A stretch of 63,272 bases of DNA, the filler included, from Welwitschia mirabilis (taxonomy: Eukaryota): assembly GCA_051453625.1 (NCBI GenBank). It is 5 parts of one record of this genome, joined end to end, with 100 filler letters (N's around TTAATTAATTAA, not from the genome) between each part and the next. Parts side by side here need not be neighbours in the genome. Positions count along the whole stretch, not along the records: positions 1 to 31,425 come from JBOZIK010000001.1; 4 more parts are not named here. One strand, 5' to 3'. How positions within the stretch are numbered: position 1 is the stretch's first letter; each line of letters begins with the position of its first letter. Shown one piece after another: positions 1 through 11,840 of this stretch. A program made the position numbers and the translations under genes. The notes below the pieces were generated by a model that did no database searches, had not been told where the DNA came from, and saw nothing but the letters and a program-made list of their open reading frames with translations.

Positions 1-307
1 AATTATATAGATTATGAGGGCAGCCTTCGTTAAGATTGAGCTTAATTAGATTAGGTGCATCGCTATTTATTTTCATATATTAGACTTGCATCGCTATTCT
101 ATTTCATGCATTGCAATTTAATTCAATAAATTAAAGTTACATATTTCTTTGGGAAATCAACTCTTTATTGTCTATACCATTGGCCTTCAATGGAATTACG
201 ACATTCAGATCACTCCATCTATACTAGCGTGTTGTATTTTGCATCTTATTATAATTAACAAGATTGAAATTAAAACGTGAACTATTGCACAAATACACAC
301 TGCAATA
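1..307 (+). mobile_element. 3' end of Athila-like LTR, inserted into the RT of another Gypsy element
   Basis: Ends ...ACTATTGCACAAATACACACTGCAATA, nearly identical to the LTR end at 47972-48047 (...CGCAACA) and similar to PBS-adjacent LTR ends at 24712 and 53245. It directly abuts minus-strand RT coding sequence. Confidence 0.75.
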
Positions 308-2239
308 ATCATGCAACATTACAAAGTGGAATGTGTCTTACATAGACCAAAGGGTATCCATTTGTAAGTAAACATTTCATAGCAACAACTAAAGGGGGCT
401 TTGTCTTAATCCTCAAGGTAATATCTATTTGATTATAATTCAAAACCCATCTAAGAAATAGTCAAAGAGATGCTTCATAAGTTTTTCTAGGATTGGTTAG
501 AGAAAGATAGAGGGGAATGATCTTTTCTTAAAATGATGTTTAATTTCCTATAGTTGATGCATACCATTCATTTTGTTATAGGTTTAGTAGGGATAATTTT
601 GTTATACTTGTTAGGAAGAAGGGTAATTTCTACTTTTTTATCCATGGTCTAAGTTGAACTACCCATTTGCTATCTAAAATAGAATAGATAATCCCATCAT
701 CAATAAGTTTAATCACTTCATTTTTAACTACATCCCTTAATGTTGGTTTTATTTATCTTTGAGCTTTTTTAGATGGCTTGATATCATCTTCTAAATAGAT
801 ATGGTACATGCAAATGCTAGGATTAATGCCCATAAAGTTTGAGAGCATCCATCCTATTACTTGCTATTCTTCCTTAAGAGTTTTAGTAAGTGAGATTTTT
901 GAGATGAAGTCAAGGAACAATTTATGACTACTAAAAGAGTGAAGTCATTCTCTAAGAAATAATATTTTAGATTACTAGGTAATGGTTTAAGTTTTAGATT
1001 GATTTTATTTTAGATAATTAATCTCTATTCCTCTTCTAAGTCATCATTTTTAAGAGAATGGGAAGTGAGTTCCTAATTTTTAAAAGGACTTTCTACTCTA
1101 TTCACATATTCTACCACTTCATCATTTGATGGAAACTTCATGGCATTAAAAGCATTTATTTCTATGGTTAGGTTGCCAAAGAAAAGTTTTACTAATTCAT
1201 TCTTGCAATTGATTAAGGAATTTAAGGTTGGTAAGAATGGTCTTCCTAATATAATAGGCACTGATTTGTTCATTGAATTCTTCATGTCCAAAACATCAAA
1301 GTCTATTAGGAACTAGCAACTATCAAACTAATGAGAACATCCTCTATGACTCTTAGTGGTTTTTTAAATAGAGCTATCTACTAATTGAAGTTGGATTTTC
1401 ATGTTCTTAAGTTTTTCTAGCATAATTATTTATAGGTTTTAAAAGAAAACAAGTTTACACTAGCTTCTACATCTAATAAGGCTTGGTTGAGTTTTTTTTT
1501 TCATATAATAATACTAATTGTGGAACACTTAAGGTTTTTATATTTTGGTGGAAATTGGTTTTAGAGAATTGTAATTGTTTTTTAAGCTTAAAAAGATTTA
1601 CTTTTTATTTTCATATGCCTTTTTATAGTGCATAAATCTTTAAGAATTTATCATATGAAGGTACTTGCTTGATGGATTTTATAAGGGGGATGTTTATTTT
1701 AACTTCCTTAAAAAGTTTTAAAGCCTTCAATTACTTTTTCATTATTTTATCCTTCCTTTGTTGTTGAGGAAAAGCATAGTGTTCTTTAAGTATGATTAAT
1801 GGATCTTCATTCTTATCCTTTTTCTTATTTTCTATGGGATTTTCTCAAGATTATTTTATATGGGTGTATTATCTAACTCTTTTCCACTTCTAAAATGTAT
1901 AAACTTAGTTTCTTCTAAGTATTCTATTCTTTTAGTAAATCTAATTCCTTTTGAGTTTATTTGGGTGCTCATGGGGAGTTTCCTTATTTGCCTTTAGTTT
2001 ATTAATGAAAGAATGTGACTGGTAATTTTTTATATTTGATGTATACTCCATTTAAATCTTAAATTTATTTAATCTTATGATCCCATAAACTCTTTAAAGT
2101 CTTTCTAAATGGGTTAGATGAAGTTTTTTAATGGGTTAATGATGAAGGAAAAGATTAAAAAGATGAGGGAAATGAGGTTTTAAAATGATAATTTTATTGT
2201 AGGTTATTATCCTACTTTTAAGAGAAATTAGGATGGTTT
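308..2239 (-). pseudogene. Degenerate Athila-like gag C-terminus, protease and RT N-terminus
   Basis: Minus-strand translation gives degenerate Gypsy motifs: PIILGRPFL (ORF 1073-1291), FLDG/YNQI and FTYKWIPFGLC (~340-395). Many stops and frameshifts. Confidence 0.85.
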
Positions 2240-3840
2240 TGATAAGATCAAGAATCCTAGAGGGGAGAAATTTCAATACAATATTTTAAATGAATCTAAT
2301 CTTAAAATAAAACTTGCATACAATAATGAACTAATCTAAAATGTGGATAATATAAGAAAATAATGGAAGTAAAGAAACAAAAACTAAAGAAAAAAATATT
2401 AATTTGATGCAAGCCAAATTTATAGTGGTTTAGAAAACCCTCTAGTTCATTCTTGATGATCAGCTTAGTCCCAAGCTAGATCTTCTATCTTCGTTATTCC
2501 ATCAGGGTTTCTAGGTTTACTTGTAACCTTTACAAATGGACTTTTCAAGGCTTAGTCTCAACTTTAGAATGGACTTTTCAAGGCTTAGTACTAACCTTTA
2601 AAATAAATGTTTCAAGGTTTAGTCTTAACCTTCAGAACAAACTTTTCAAGGCTTAGTTTCAATCTTAGAATAAACTTTTCAAGGTTAAGTCTCAACCTTT
2701 AGAATGGACTTTTCAAGTTTTAGTCTCAACCTTTCATAAAGCAAGACAGTGATATAATAATGCCTTTAGAGCATGGATATCACTCGTTCTTGATTTAGTA
2801 AATTTGATGGAGCTATCCTCTTGTAAAAGTAAAACAAATGAAGCTCTTAATCCAATCTTAAATATAGAGAGGATGTAAATAGTAGATCTCCTTCGGTCAG
2901 AAATATAGATGTCAAGATACGATAGTGAAAGACACCCAAATGTAATGCTTGATCCTTAAGATCCAATAGATTTATCTAAATGAAAATAGTTTAAAAAATA
3001 TTCTTTGGTTATCTATGTCTTATCTATTTATATTTTTTAGGGTTTATTACATTTGAAATGCACTTCCAAAGGTTATAAATGGCTAGAAAGTGACTACTTA
3101 ATAACTACACAATGGATGCATAACATTTAGAAAAAAATTATTTCCGTTTCATCCGGTTGAATCCATAAAAATATACTCAATTTTATATGGTGCTATAAGT
3201 CACCTAAGTAAGAAATTTGGTTGCCCCAATTTCTTATGACTCCTTATCTAGTTGACCCCATCTGGGTCTGGTCTATCCTAGTCTAGTCACCTGCTACTTT
3301 ATCTAGTCACTTGCTTCTTTGATAAAAGTCCTTTCCAGTTTTCCTGCATTGAGTTTGGTTGATCCCTTTAAGTGTCTGAATAATCCTAAAATGATTGAGT
3401 TAGACATACCAAATACGTAGTACTCAAGTCCAATCAACCCAATAATAGGTCTAATCAACCCCTTGTTATTCAGTTTAGGAACTATTTATTAGGTCCTCAA
3501 ATCCGATCAACTCCATAAAGGTATAGTCGACCCCTTTCCATTCAGTTCAGGGACACTGCTTCTTAATGTTATAAGTCTAGTTAATCCCATTAAAAATTTG
3601 GTGGACTCCTCTAGATGTAGTTTATTTTTTTATCTACTTTAAGTGTAGTCGATCCCTTGAAAATATGGTTGATCTCATCTTGAGGGTAAATAGACTGACA
3701 TGCTTCTAATACTTAAACGTTGATGATTTCAATTCCATCTTTCGACCTGCAAGTAATTTAACATCTTCTGTATAAGATACATAAAATTTACTATATAGAA
3801 AACACTAGTTTAACATCTATTGGCAAAAAATAATCCAACA
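2240..3840 (-). repeat. 3' LTR of family A element (~1.6 kb)
   Basis: TG...CA termini, adjacent PPT, homologous to 11841-13384 and 37623-39090. Confidence 0.9.
2535..2735. repeat. Tandem array of ~34-bp unit AATGGACTTTTCAAGGCTTAGTCTCAACCTTTAG (6 copies) inside the LTR
   Basis: Read directly. There are 4 copies at ~12151-12290 and 5 at ~37943-38112. Confidence 0.9.
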
Positions 3841-3852
3841 ATCTCCTCCTTT
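3841..3852 (-). promoter_or_regulatory. Polypurine tract AAAGGAGGAGAT
   Basis: Immediately 5' (minus strand) of the LTR TG; Sirevirus-type AGGGGGAG variant. Another purine tract lies near 4420. Confidence 0.85.
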
Positions 3853-4482
3853 AACATTGATGGAAAACAATACTTAGTTGTAAAAAAATTAAAATTCTTA
3901 CAAAAACTTCCCTTTACAAAATGCCTATTTCATAAAATAATATTTCTTTTGAAACAAGTAAAAGTATTATAAACAAAAAAATTTGATGTTTTAAATGAAA
4001 TAATCTAATATAAACATTTGAGAGCTTAGAAAGGCATAACTTTATGATAAGCATAATGTGATTATATAAACTTATTTAACATTAAATTAGATATTAAAAG
4101 TTATAGTTTATTTCCAATGTTAAAAGACTTTAAAATTTTTAAGTTAAGTACATATGATATCAAACTAAAAATACATTTTAGCATATATAATTTTGAAAAG
4201 AACCAATAGATTTGGGATACCAAATAAAATAAGACTTTATGCTAAAATAGATAAGTACATTTTATTAGACATAAGCAAATATTACAAGATAATCATACAA
4301 CCATTATAAACTAGAAGTGCTCATCAAGAGCATATAACTGAAATCACATAAAAAATAAGTACTCATCAAGAGCATACAACTAAAATCATATAAAAGACAT
4401 TCAACAAAAAAAAATAATTCTCCTTCCTTTTGACATTAATAGCAAAGGAGAGAATATAAACATAAAACATAATCTGAAAAAT

Positions 4483-6064
4483 TTAATCAGACTTTTCCTC
4501 CTCGTTCTCCTCCTCTTCTTCTTCTCAGAATCCTCCTTTGAATCTTCTTCATTAACTCCTATGCAAGTGAAACTAGTAGCCTCTACTAAGGTATCAGTAA
4601 TATCATAACCAGCTAGAATGAGGGATTCCTTCATGTATCTGGTATAGGAGTCAATCTATCTCAGATATGGAAGAGTCTCATCAGGAGAGGCTTTCTTTGA
4701 AGAAGGATATTTTAAAGATTTCTTAGAGGGGATAAAGATGTACATACAGGATAACATTGCACATCTAATGGATGCCGTACACTAGAGGGTCTCTAGTTTC
4801 AAATGAAATATAACACAAAAATGATGACAAATACTGGTAATAAGCACAGAGTAAGGTAAAGGCCTAGTTCTGTGATACTTCAACTGTGAGATCATATTCT
4901 TCAGTCTTATGATAGAAGTATCAATAGAATGCTCAGTTCCTATCAAATAGATTAGATAGACTTGATTTCAAGATACCTCATCATGATATTCAGCCAAAGG
5001 TAAGAAGTTATAGATAAAAATCAAGTGTAGAAAATGGTATTTTGGAGTTAACAAAGAAGTAGATAGAGTGTTCTTAAAAGTATGTATCTTATCACAAANN
5101 NNNNNNNNNNNNNNNNNNNNNNNNNNNNNNNNNNNNNNNNNNNNNNNNNNNNNNNNNNNNNNNNNNNNNNNNNNNNNNNNNNNNNNNNNNNNNNNNNNTA
5201 TATGAAAGGGTCACATCCGAAGAGGATTTCTTTAGAGAAGGAGATTTTAAAGATTTCTTAGAAGGGGCAAAAATATGCATGCAGGATAAGGTTGCACGTC
5301 CAATGAATGCCATAGGCTATAGGGTCTTTAGTTTAAAATGAAAGGTGATATGAAAATTATAGAAAATACTTGTAATAAGCACAGAGTAGGGTAAAGCTCT
5401 AGTTCTGTGGTGCTCTAGCTGTGGGACCATATTCTTTAGTATTATAGCAGGAGCATCAATAGAATGCTCAGTTCCTACCAAATGCATTAGATAGGCTCAA
5501 TAGTAGGAGGCCTCATCATGATGTCCAACCAAAGATAAGAAGTTATAGATGAAAATCAAGTGTAGAAAATGGTATTTTGGAGTTAACAAAGAAGTAGATA
5601 GAGTGTTCTTATAAGTATGTATCTTATCACAAATCTCCCTGGTAATTGTAAGCTTGTCTTCTATGATGTCTCAAAGAGGCTAAAACTCTTCATAGTCATC
5701 CCTTGAAAGGTCAGTTAGCTCTAAAATGAGATTGGCTATCACTCTTATCCACTCCTCCAAAATGAGGGTTTTAAGGTTTCTGAAGTCACAATCATAAAAC
5801 GCATTATAGTAATACATTCAAGTGAGAAAAGAATAAGCATAAAAACATCCAAAAGTAATTAAGATCTTGATTTCTCAAGAGTTGGATAACTTTTTTGAGT
5901 ACTCTAAGCTCTAAAGTAACTGTTAATTACTCTTGGCACACGTCTTTCTTTTCAAACTTTTCAGAAAACATGTCAATGTCCTCCTCTGACATCCTTTGGT
6001 AGAAGATAACTAGATCCCTGAAAGGAGACTTCTTCATTCTCCTCCTAAATGAAATTTTATCCAT
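4483..6064 (-). pseudogene. Extra 3' ORF in env position (two overlapping diverged partial copies across the gap: 4483-5098 and 5200-6064)
   Basis: Starts MDKISFRRR at 6064 and contains FLHLIFIYNFL...HHDEA...LPYSVLITSI followed by an acidic tail. Homologous to 8694-9404 and 35371-36278. By eye it resembles the plant-transposon (Transposase_32-like) extra ORFs of SIRE/Athila elements. Confidence 0.65.
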
Positions 6065-6559
6065 TTTAGGACTTTATAAGAAAAAATATTAAGAAAAAAA
6101 CACTAGATCTAGAAGCAAAGCTCTGGATCTTGAAGAAAAAGCACTAGGTCTAAGAGATAAAGAAAGATAGAACACAATGAAATCGATTTAGGATCCTCTT
6201 TCTTTTATAGGCTATGTGAAATAAGGAAAAATGAAGAAAGAAATCAAGTTCACTAATTGTACTTCTGCACTGTGATCTGTTAGGTCTAGTTGACCACTTG
6301 AGATTCTGGTTGACTCATTGAGATGTAGGTTTATAATACTAAAAGGGCTTTAGGTAACTAGGCTTTTAGGCTATCGACCGACCACATCCAGTCAATCGAA
6401 TCATAGATCCAGTCAACTGCCCTACAATTAGCTAAAGGATGGTAACTAAACCCCTAATTTATTTTCATGATTAATAATTAATTAAAACATGAGGTGTTAC
6501 ATCAGAATTCTTTACAAAATGTTCAGTTTCAATAAGATTTAGACTAACATCATAGTTTA

Positions 6560-8592
6560 CATGAAATAACTGATCAATCAATTTAGTATCTATTCTATAA
6601 ATATTATCCACTTGTTTTGTAGAAAAGATAGAAACATTTGTTTTCTCATCTATAACTTTGCATTTTAATTAATTAAAAATTAGTTTGTGAACTTTGTCAC
6701 ATAATTAACTCATGCTCAATAAATTATGTTTCAACCCATTCATATAAAGCACATCATCAAGTTTAGGTAACTTACCTCTCTTGATGCCTTCTATACCTTC
6801 TATTTTTGCCTTTTTGTTGTTTCCAAAAATGAATTCTCCTCCATTTGTACTTCTNNNNNNNNNNNNNNNNNNNNNNNNNNNNNNNNNNNNNNNNNNNNNN
6901 NNNNNNNNNNNNNNNNNNNNNNNNNNNNNNNNNNNNNNNNNNNNNNNNNNNNNNNNNNNNNNNNNNNNNNNNNNNNNNNNNNNNNNNNNNNNNNNNNNNN
7001 NNNNNNNNNNNNNNNNNNNNNNNNNNNNNNNNNNNNNNNNNNNNNNNNNNNNNNNNNNNNNNNNNNNNNNNNNNNNNNNNNNNNNNNNNNNNNNNNNNNN
7101 NNNNNNNNNNNNNNNNNNNNNNNNNNNNNNNNNNNNNNNNNNNNNNNNNNNNNNNNNNNNNNNNNNNNNNNNNNNNNNNNNNNNNNNNNNNNNNNNNNNN
7201 NNNNNNNNNNNNNNNNNNNNNNNNNNNNNNNNNNNNNNNNNNNNNNNNNNNNNNNNNNNNNNNNNNNNNNNNNNNNNNNNNNNNNNNNNNNNNNNNNNNN
7301 NNNNNNNNNNNNNNNNNNNNNNNCGATTTTTGCCTTTTTGTTGTTTCCAAAAATGAATTCTCCTCCATTTGTACTTCTTAGATATTGCAAGCTTGATTTT
7401 TCTTCTAACATATGCCTTGAGCAACCACTATCTAGATACCAACTATTTGTACTTATTTCTTTGAGAGCTATCTGTGTTAAAAAACTTTGAAGATTGTTAG
7501 CTCTAATCAACTTAGCCTTATTAAACTTAGGTAGTACACATTTTCTAGGAATGAATTTAAAAGGTAAAGTATTTGTGATTTCTTAAAAAATCATTAATTA
7601 TCTAATTTTTTTTAAAAAAACTTTAAATGATCAAATTTACCACAAAAATTACATAAAAGTTTAAAAGCATACTTACTCNNNNNNNNNNNNNNNNNNNNNN
7701 NNNNNNNNNNNNNNNNNNNNNNNNNNNNNNNNNNNNNNNNNNNNNNNNNNNNNNNNNNNNNNNNNNNNNNNNNNNNNNNNNNNNNNNNNNNNNNNNNNNN
7801 NNNNNNNNNNNNNNNNNNNNNNNNNNNNNNNNNNNNNNNNNNNNNNNNNNNNNNNNNNNNNNNNNNNNNNNNNNNNNNNNNNNNNNNNNNNNNNNNNNNN
7901 NNNNNNNNNNNNNNNNNNNNNNNNNNNNNNNNNNNNNNNNNNNNNNNNNNNNNNNNNNNNNNNNNNNNNNNNNNNNNNNNNNNNNNNNNNNNNNNNNNNN
8001 NNNNNNNNNNNNNNNNNNNNNNNNNNNNNNNNNNNNNNNNNNNNNNNNNNNNNNNNNNNNNNNNNNNNNNNNNNNNNNNNNNNNNNNNNNNNNNNNNNNN
8101 NNNNNNNNNNNNNNNNNNNNNNNNNNNNNNNNNNNNNNTAGCAATGAATGAGGGATTCTTTGATTTCTTGTTATCTCTCCTTATGTTAGGGCACTCATTT
8201 ACCATATGACGAAATCCTTTGCATGAGTAACATTAGATTTTTTTTATTCTTTTTTGGCTTATTTATATATTTTAGATGACTCATTTTTATAGTTTTACTT
8301 GATTCTCCTTCCTTTTTCTTCCTATGAAGAAATTTTCTAAATCTGTTGGCTAGAAGAACCACTTCATCATTATCCAATTCCTCATCTGATCTATCAGATC
8401 TATCATTTTCCTACACATATTTTAAAGCAATACCTTTCTTTTTATCCTTAACAAATTTAAGCTCATAGGTTTGTAAATTACCATGAAGTTCTGCTAGTAC
8501 CATTGCATTAATGTTCTTACTCTCTTTGATGGATGTGATATTTGGTTTAAATCTCTTGAGTAGGGATCTCAAGACTTTCATTACCACTTTTC
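6560..8592 (-). pseudogene. Copia gag (partial), protease and GAG-pre-integrase start; second internal unit
   Basis: WYLDSGCSRHM protease motif, VLYMNGLKHNLLSMS, CNFCGKFDH knuckle. Confidence 0.88.
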
Positions 8593-8693
8593 TNNNNNNN
8601 NNNNNNNNNNNNNNNNNNNNNNNNNNNNNNNNNNNNNNNNNNNNNNNNNNNNNNNNNNNNNNNNNNNNNNNNNNNNNNNNNNNNNNNNNNNNN

Positions 8694-9404
8694 TTTCCAA
8701 CTTAGGATGAAAAGTGACTTAAAATGGTGGCAACCGCTAATGATAAGCATAGATTAGGGTAAATCCCTATTTCTGTGATACTCTAGTTGCAAGGCCATAT
8801 TCTTCAGTATTATGGTCGAAGTATTAATAGAATGCTCAGTTCCTACTAATTACATCAAATAGGCTTGACAGCAGGAGGCCTAATCATGATGGCCAACGAA
8901 AAGTAAAAAGTTATAAGTGAAAACCAAATGAAGAAAACAGTATTTTAGAGTTAATAAGAAAGTAGACAAAGTGTGCTTCCAAGTATGCAACTTACCACAA
9001 AGCTCCCTAGTAACCACAGGCTTGTCTTCCATGGTGTCCTAAAGAGGCCAAAACTCTTCATAGTTTCCCCTTGAAAGACCATTTAGCTCTAAGATAAGAT
9101 TTGTTGTCACTCTTATTCACTTCCTCAAAATAAGTATCTCAAGGGTTCAAGTGTCATAATCAAAAGAGTCATTACAATAAAACATTCTAATCAGAAATGA
9201 ATAAGCTAAACTAGAAACATCTAAGAAATGGTCAAGACCCTAATCTCTTATGAGCTAGATGACTTTACTAAGTTCCCTGAGCTCTAAGGTGGCTACAGAC
9301 CACTCATGGCATACATATTTTTCTCAAACTTATCAGAAAAATTGGCAATATCTTCTTCTAATATTTCATGGTATAACTCTTCTCCAGGATGAGCTTTTAG
9401 CCAT
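8694..9404 (-). pseudogene. Extra 3' ORF copy of the first internal unit
   Basis: Homologous to 5300-6064; ATG at 9404. Confidence 0.65.
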
Positions 9405-9799
9405 TTCAAAAAACTTAAAAGTAAAAAGGACCTGCGAAAATCACTAGATCTAGGAGCAAAGCTTTATGGTTCTATCTCTTTTATAGATTGGGTAAAATAA
9501 GGTGAAATAAAGGAAGAAATTGGATCCATCAACTATACTTTCACACTGTAATCTATCAAGTTCGGTTGACCGCTCAAGATTCTAGTCAACTGATCAAGAT
9601 GCAAATATATAGTACTAGAAGGAGATCTGGGTAACTAAGCTTTCAAATTAGTTAACTGACCACATCTGGTCGACCGCCTTGTAATCAGCCAAAGGATGGA
9701 AACTTAACCCCCAGATCATTTTCATGATTAATAGATTAATTATAGATATAGTGTATTATATCAAAATTTACTAGAAAACATTTAGTTCGCATCATGGTT

Positions 9800-11776
9800 T
9801 GCATGTCACAATTGATCAATTAATTTAATATTTACTCTATAAGTATTATTCATGCATTTTGCAGAAAAAGTAGAATCATTTATTTCCTCATCTATAACAT
9901 TGCATTTTGATATTTTTAAAGATTACTTTATGACCTCTATCACATAATTGACTCACAGTTAATAAATTATATTTCAATCCATTAACATAAAGTACATTAT
10001 TAAGTTTAGGTAACTTACCTCCTTTGATTAATCAATATCTTCTATTTTTGCCTTTTTGTTGTTTCCAAAGATGACTTCTTCTCCATTTATTCTCTTAAGG
10101 TGTTAAAAGCTTGATTTTTCTCCTAACATATGCCTTGAGCAACCACTGCCTAGATACCAACTATTCATATATGGTAATCTAAGAGCTATCTGTGTTAGAA
10201 AAGTTTGAAGATTGTTACCTCTAACCCACTTAGTCCTATTAGACTTAGGTGATACACTTTTCTTAAGATCAAACTTAAGAGATAAAATTTTACAGTTTCA
10301 GAGAAAAGCATTAATTTTCTAACTTTGCAAAAAGGAAATAACCAAATTTACCACAAAAATTACATGAAAAATTAAAAACATACTTACTCTTCTAATTTAG
10401 CTATTCTTGCAGTTTTTGTGAACTAAAGCCAATACTTGATCTGTCTTCAATGGGTTTTCATACTCTAAGAATCTATTCCAATTGAGAAAAGCTATCATGA
10501 AATTTATTTACAAAAAAAAAGGATCTTTTACCTAAGAAATTAGGTTGATGTTGTTATATTTAAGCACATTGTATTTCTCTTCCAATTCCTCGTTTTCTTT
10601 GGTAATAGTCTTCACTGTTTTGTTCAACTAATTTATTCTCTTGGCTAGCTTTTCATACTCCTCATACGCCTGCTAACATGTGTCTTCTAACTTATCCTCT
10701 TCTTCATTGATCATATTCAAATTATCAGATATTGATGTGCTAGAAACATCTTTGAGTTATGGCATAAAAATCATGAAAGACAACCTTCTATCATTGTCTG
10801 ATTTATAATCTAAATAGTTTTTCTCATCATCATCTTCATTGTCTCAAGTAGCTATGAATAAAGGATTCTTCAACTTTTTATTATCTCTCCTAGTATTAGG
10901 GAACTCATTTCCCATATGTCCAAATTCTTTGCATGAGTAGCATTGGATTTCTTTCCCCTTTTCTTACTTCCTTCTTTATTTTGGATGATTTCTTTTTGCA
11001 TTCTTACTTGATTCTCCTTCATTTTTCTTCTAACTAGAAGAGCCACTTCATTATTATCAAATTACTTATCTCATCTGTCAAATCTATAGTCTCCTTGTAC
11101 ACATTTTAAAGTAATACCTTTTCTTTTTTCTTTAACAAATTTAAGATCCTATGTTTGTAAGTTATCTTGAAGTTCTTCCAATTCCATTGCATTAATGTTT
11201 TTAATCTCTTTAATAGATGCGATCTTTGGTTCAAATCTCTTAGGTAGGGATCTTAATACTTTTCTTTCCTCCATTCATTCTCCGAGGCTTGCCATTAAGT
11301 TTATAATATCAGTAAGTCTAGCAAAAAATTCCTATAATGTTTCTTCTTCATCCATATGTATATTTTGAAATTTAGAGATGAGTTTCTAAAGTTCAGTTTA
11401 TTTAACAGTTGAGGTTCCTTCATGTGCTACTTCAATAATTTCCCAAGTTTTCTTAGTATGATTATAGTTTACTATTTGTTTGAATTCATCTACACACACT
11501 GCATAAAAAATTGCATTAAGAATATAGGAATCTATGATGGTATTTACCTTATCTACGGCTATCCATTGGTCTCTAGATTTAGGAAATAGGATAATGTTAC
11601 CATTTACATTAGTTTAAGCTATCATAGGTATAGTATAACCTTTGTAAATAACTTCTTCTATGTCAGCATCTAAGGATCTAAGAAAAATTCTCATCCTAGC
11701 TTTCCAATAAGCATAGTTCAACCCATCAAACATAGGTGGACAACCAGTGGAAAAACCATAAGATGGATTACGTATT
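9800..11776 (-). pseudogene. Copia gag-protease, first internal unit
   Basis: PPMFDGLNYAYWKARMRIFL N-terminal motif, QCYSCKEFGH zinc knuckle (~10915-10945), WYLGSGCSRHM (~10130-10160). Confidence 0.9.
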
Positions 11777-11826
11777 TTAGGGTTTTAAGATCAATATTGG
11801 TTAAAATATAAAGAAGATTTAAATTA

Positions 11827-11838
11827 GCTTTGATACCA
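11827..11838 (-). promoter_or_regulatory. Primer binding site, tRNA-iMet (TGGTATCAAAGC)
   Basis: 2 bp from the LTR end; one mismatch to TGGTATCAGAGC. Confidence 0.9.
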
Positions 11839-11840
11839 AA

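Noticed and set aside
2535..2735. 34-bp repeats resembling a CRISPR array
   Set aside because: Units are contiguous with no unique spacers, lie inside an LTR, and have no cas genes nearby.
5000..5098. Contig end almost identical to 5536-5633 while the rest of the copy is diverged (gene conversion?)
   Set aside because: It abuts a gap and is more simply explained by chimeric read extension.
6801..7378. Near-identical direct repeats flanking N gaps (also 28303-28885 and 54894-55082)
   Set aside because: Typical unmerged contig overlaps, not biological duplications.
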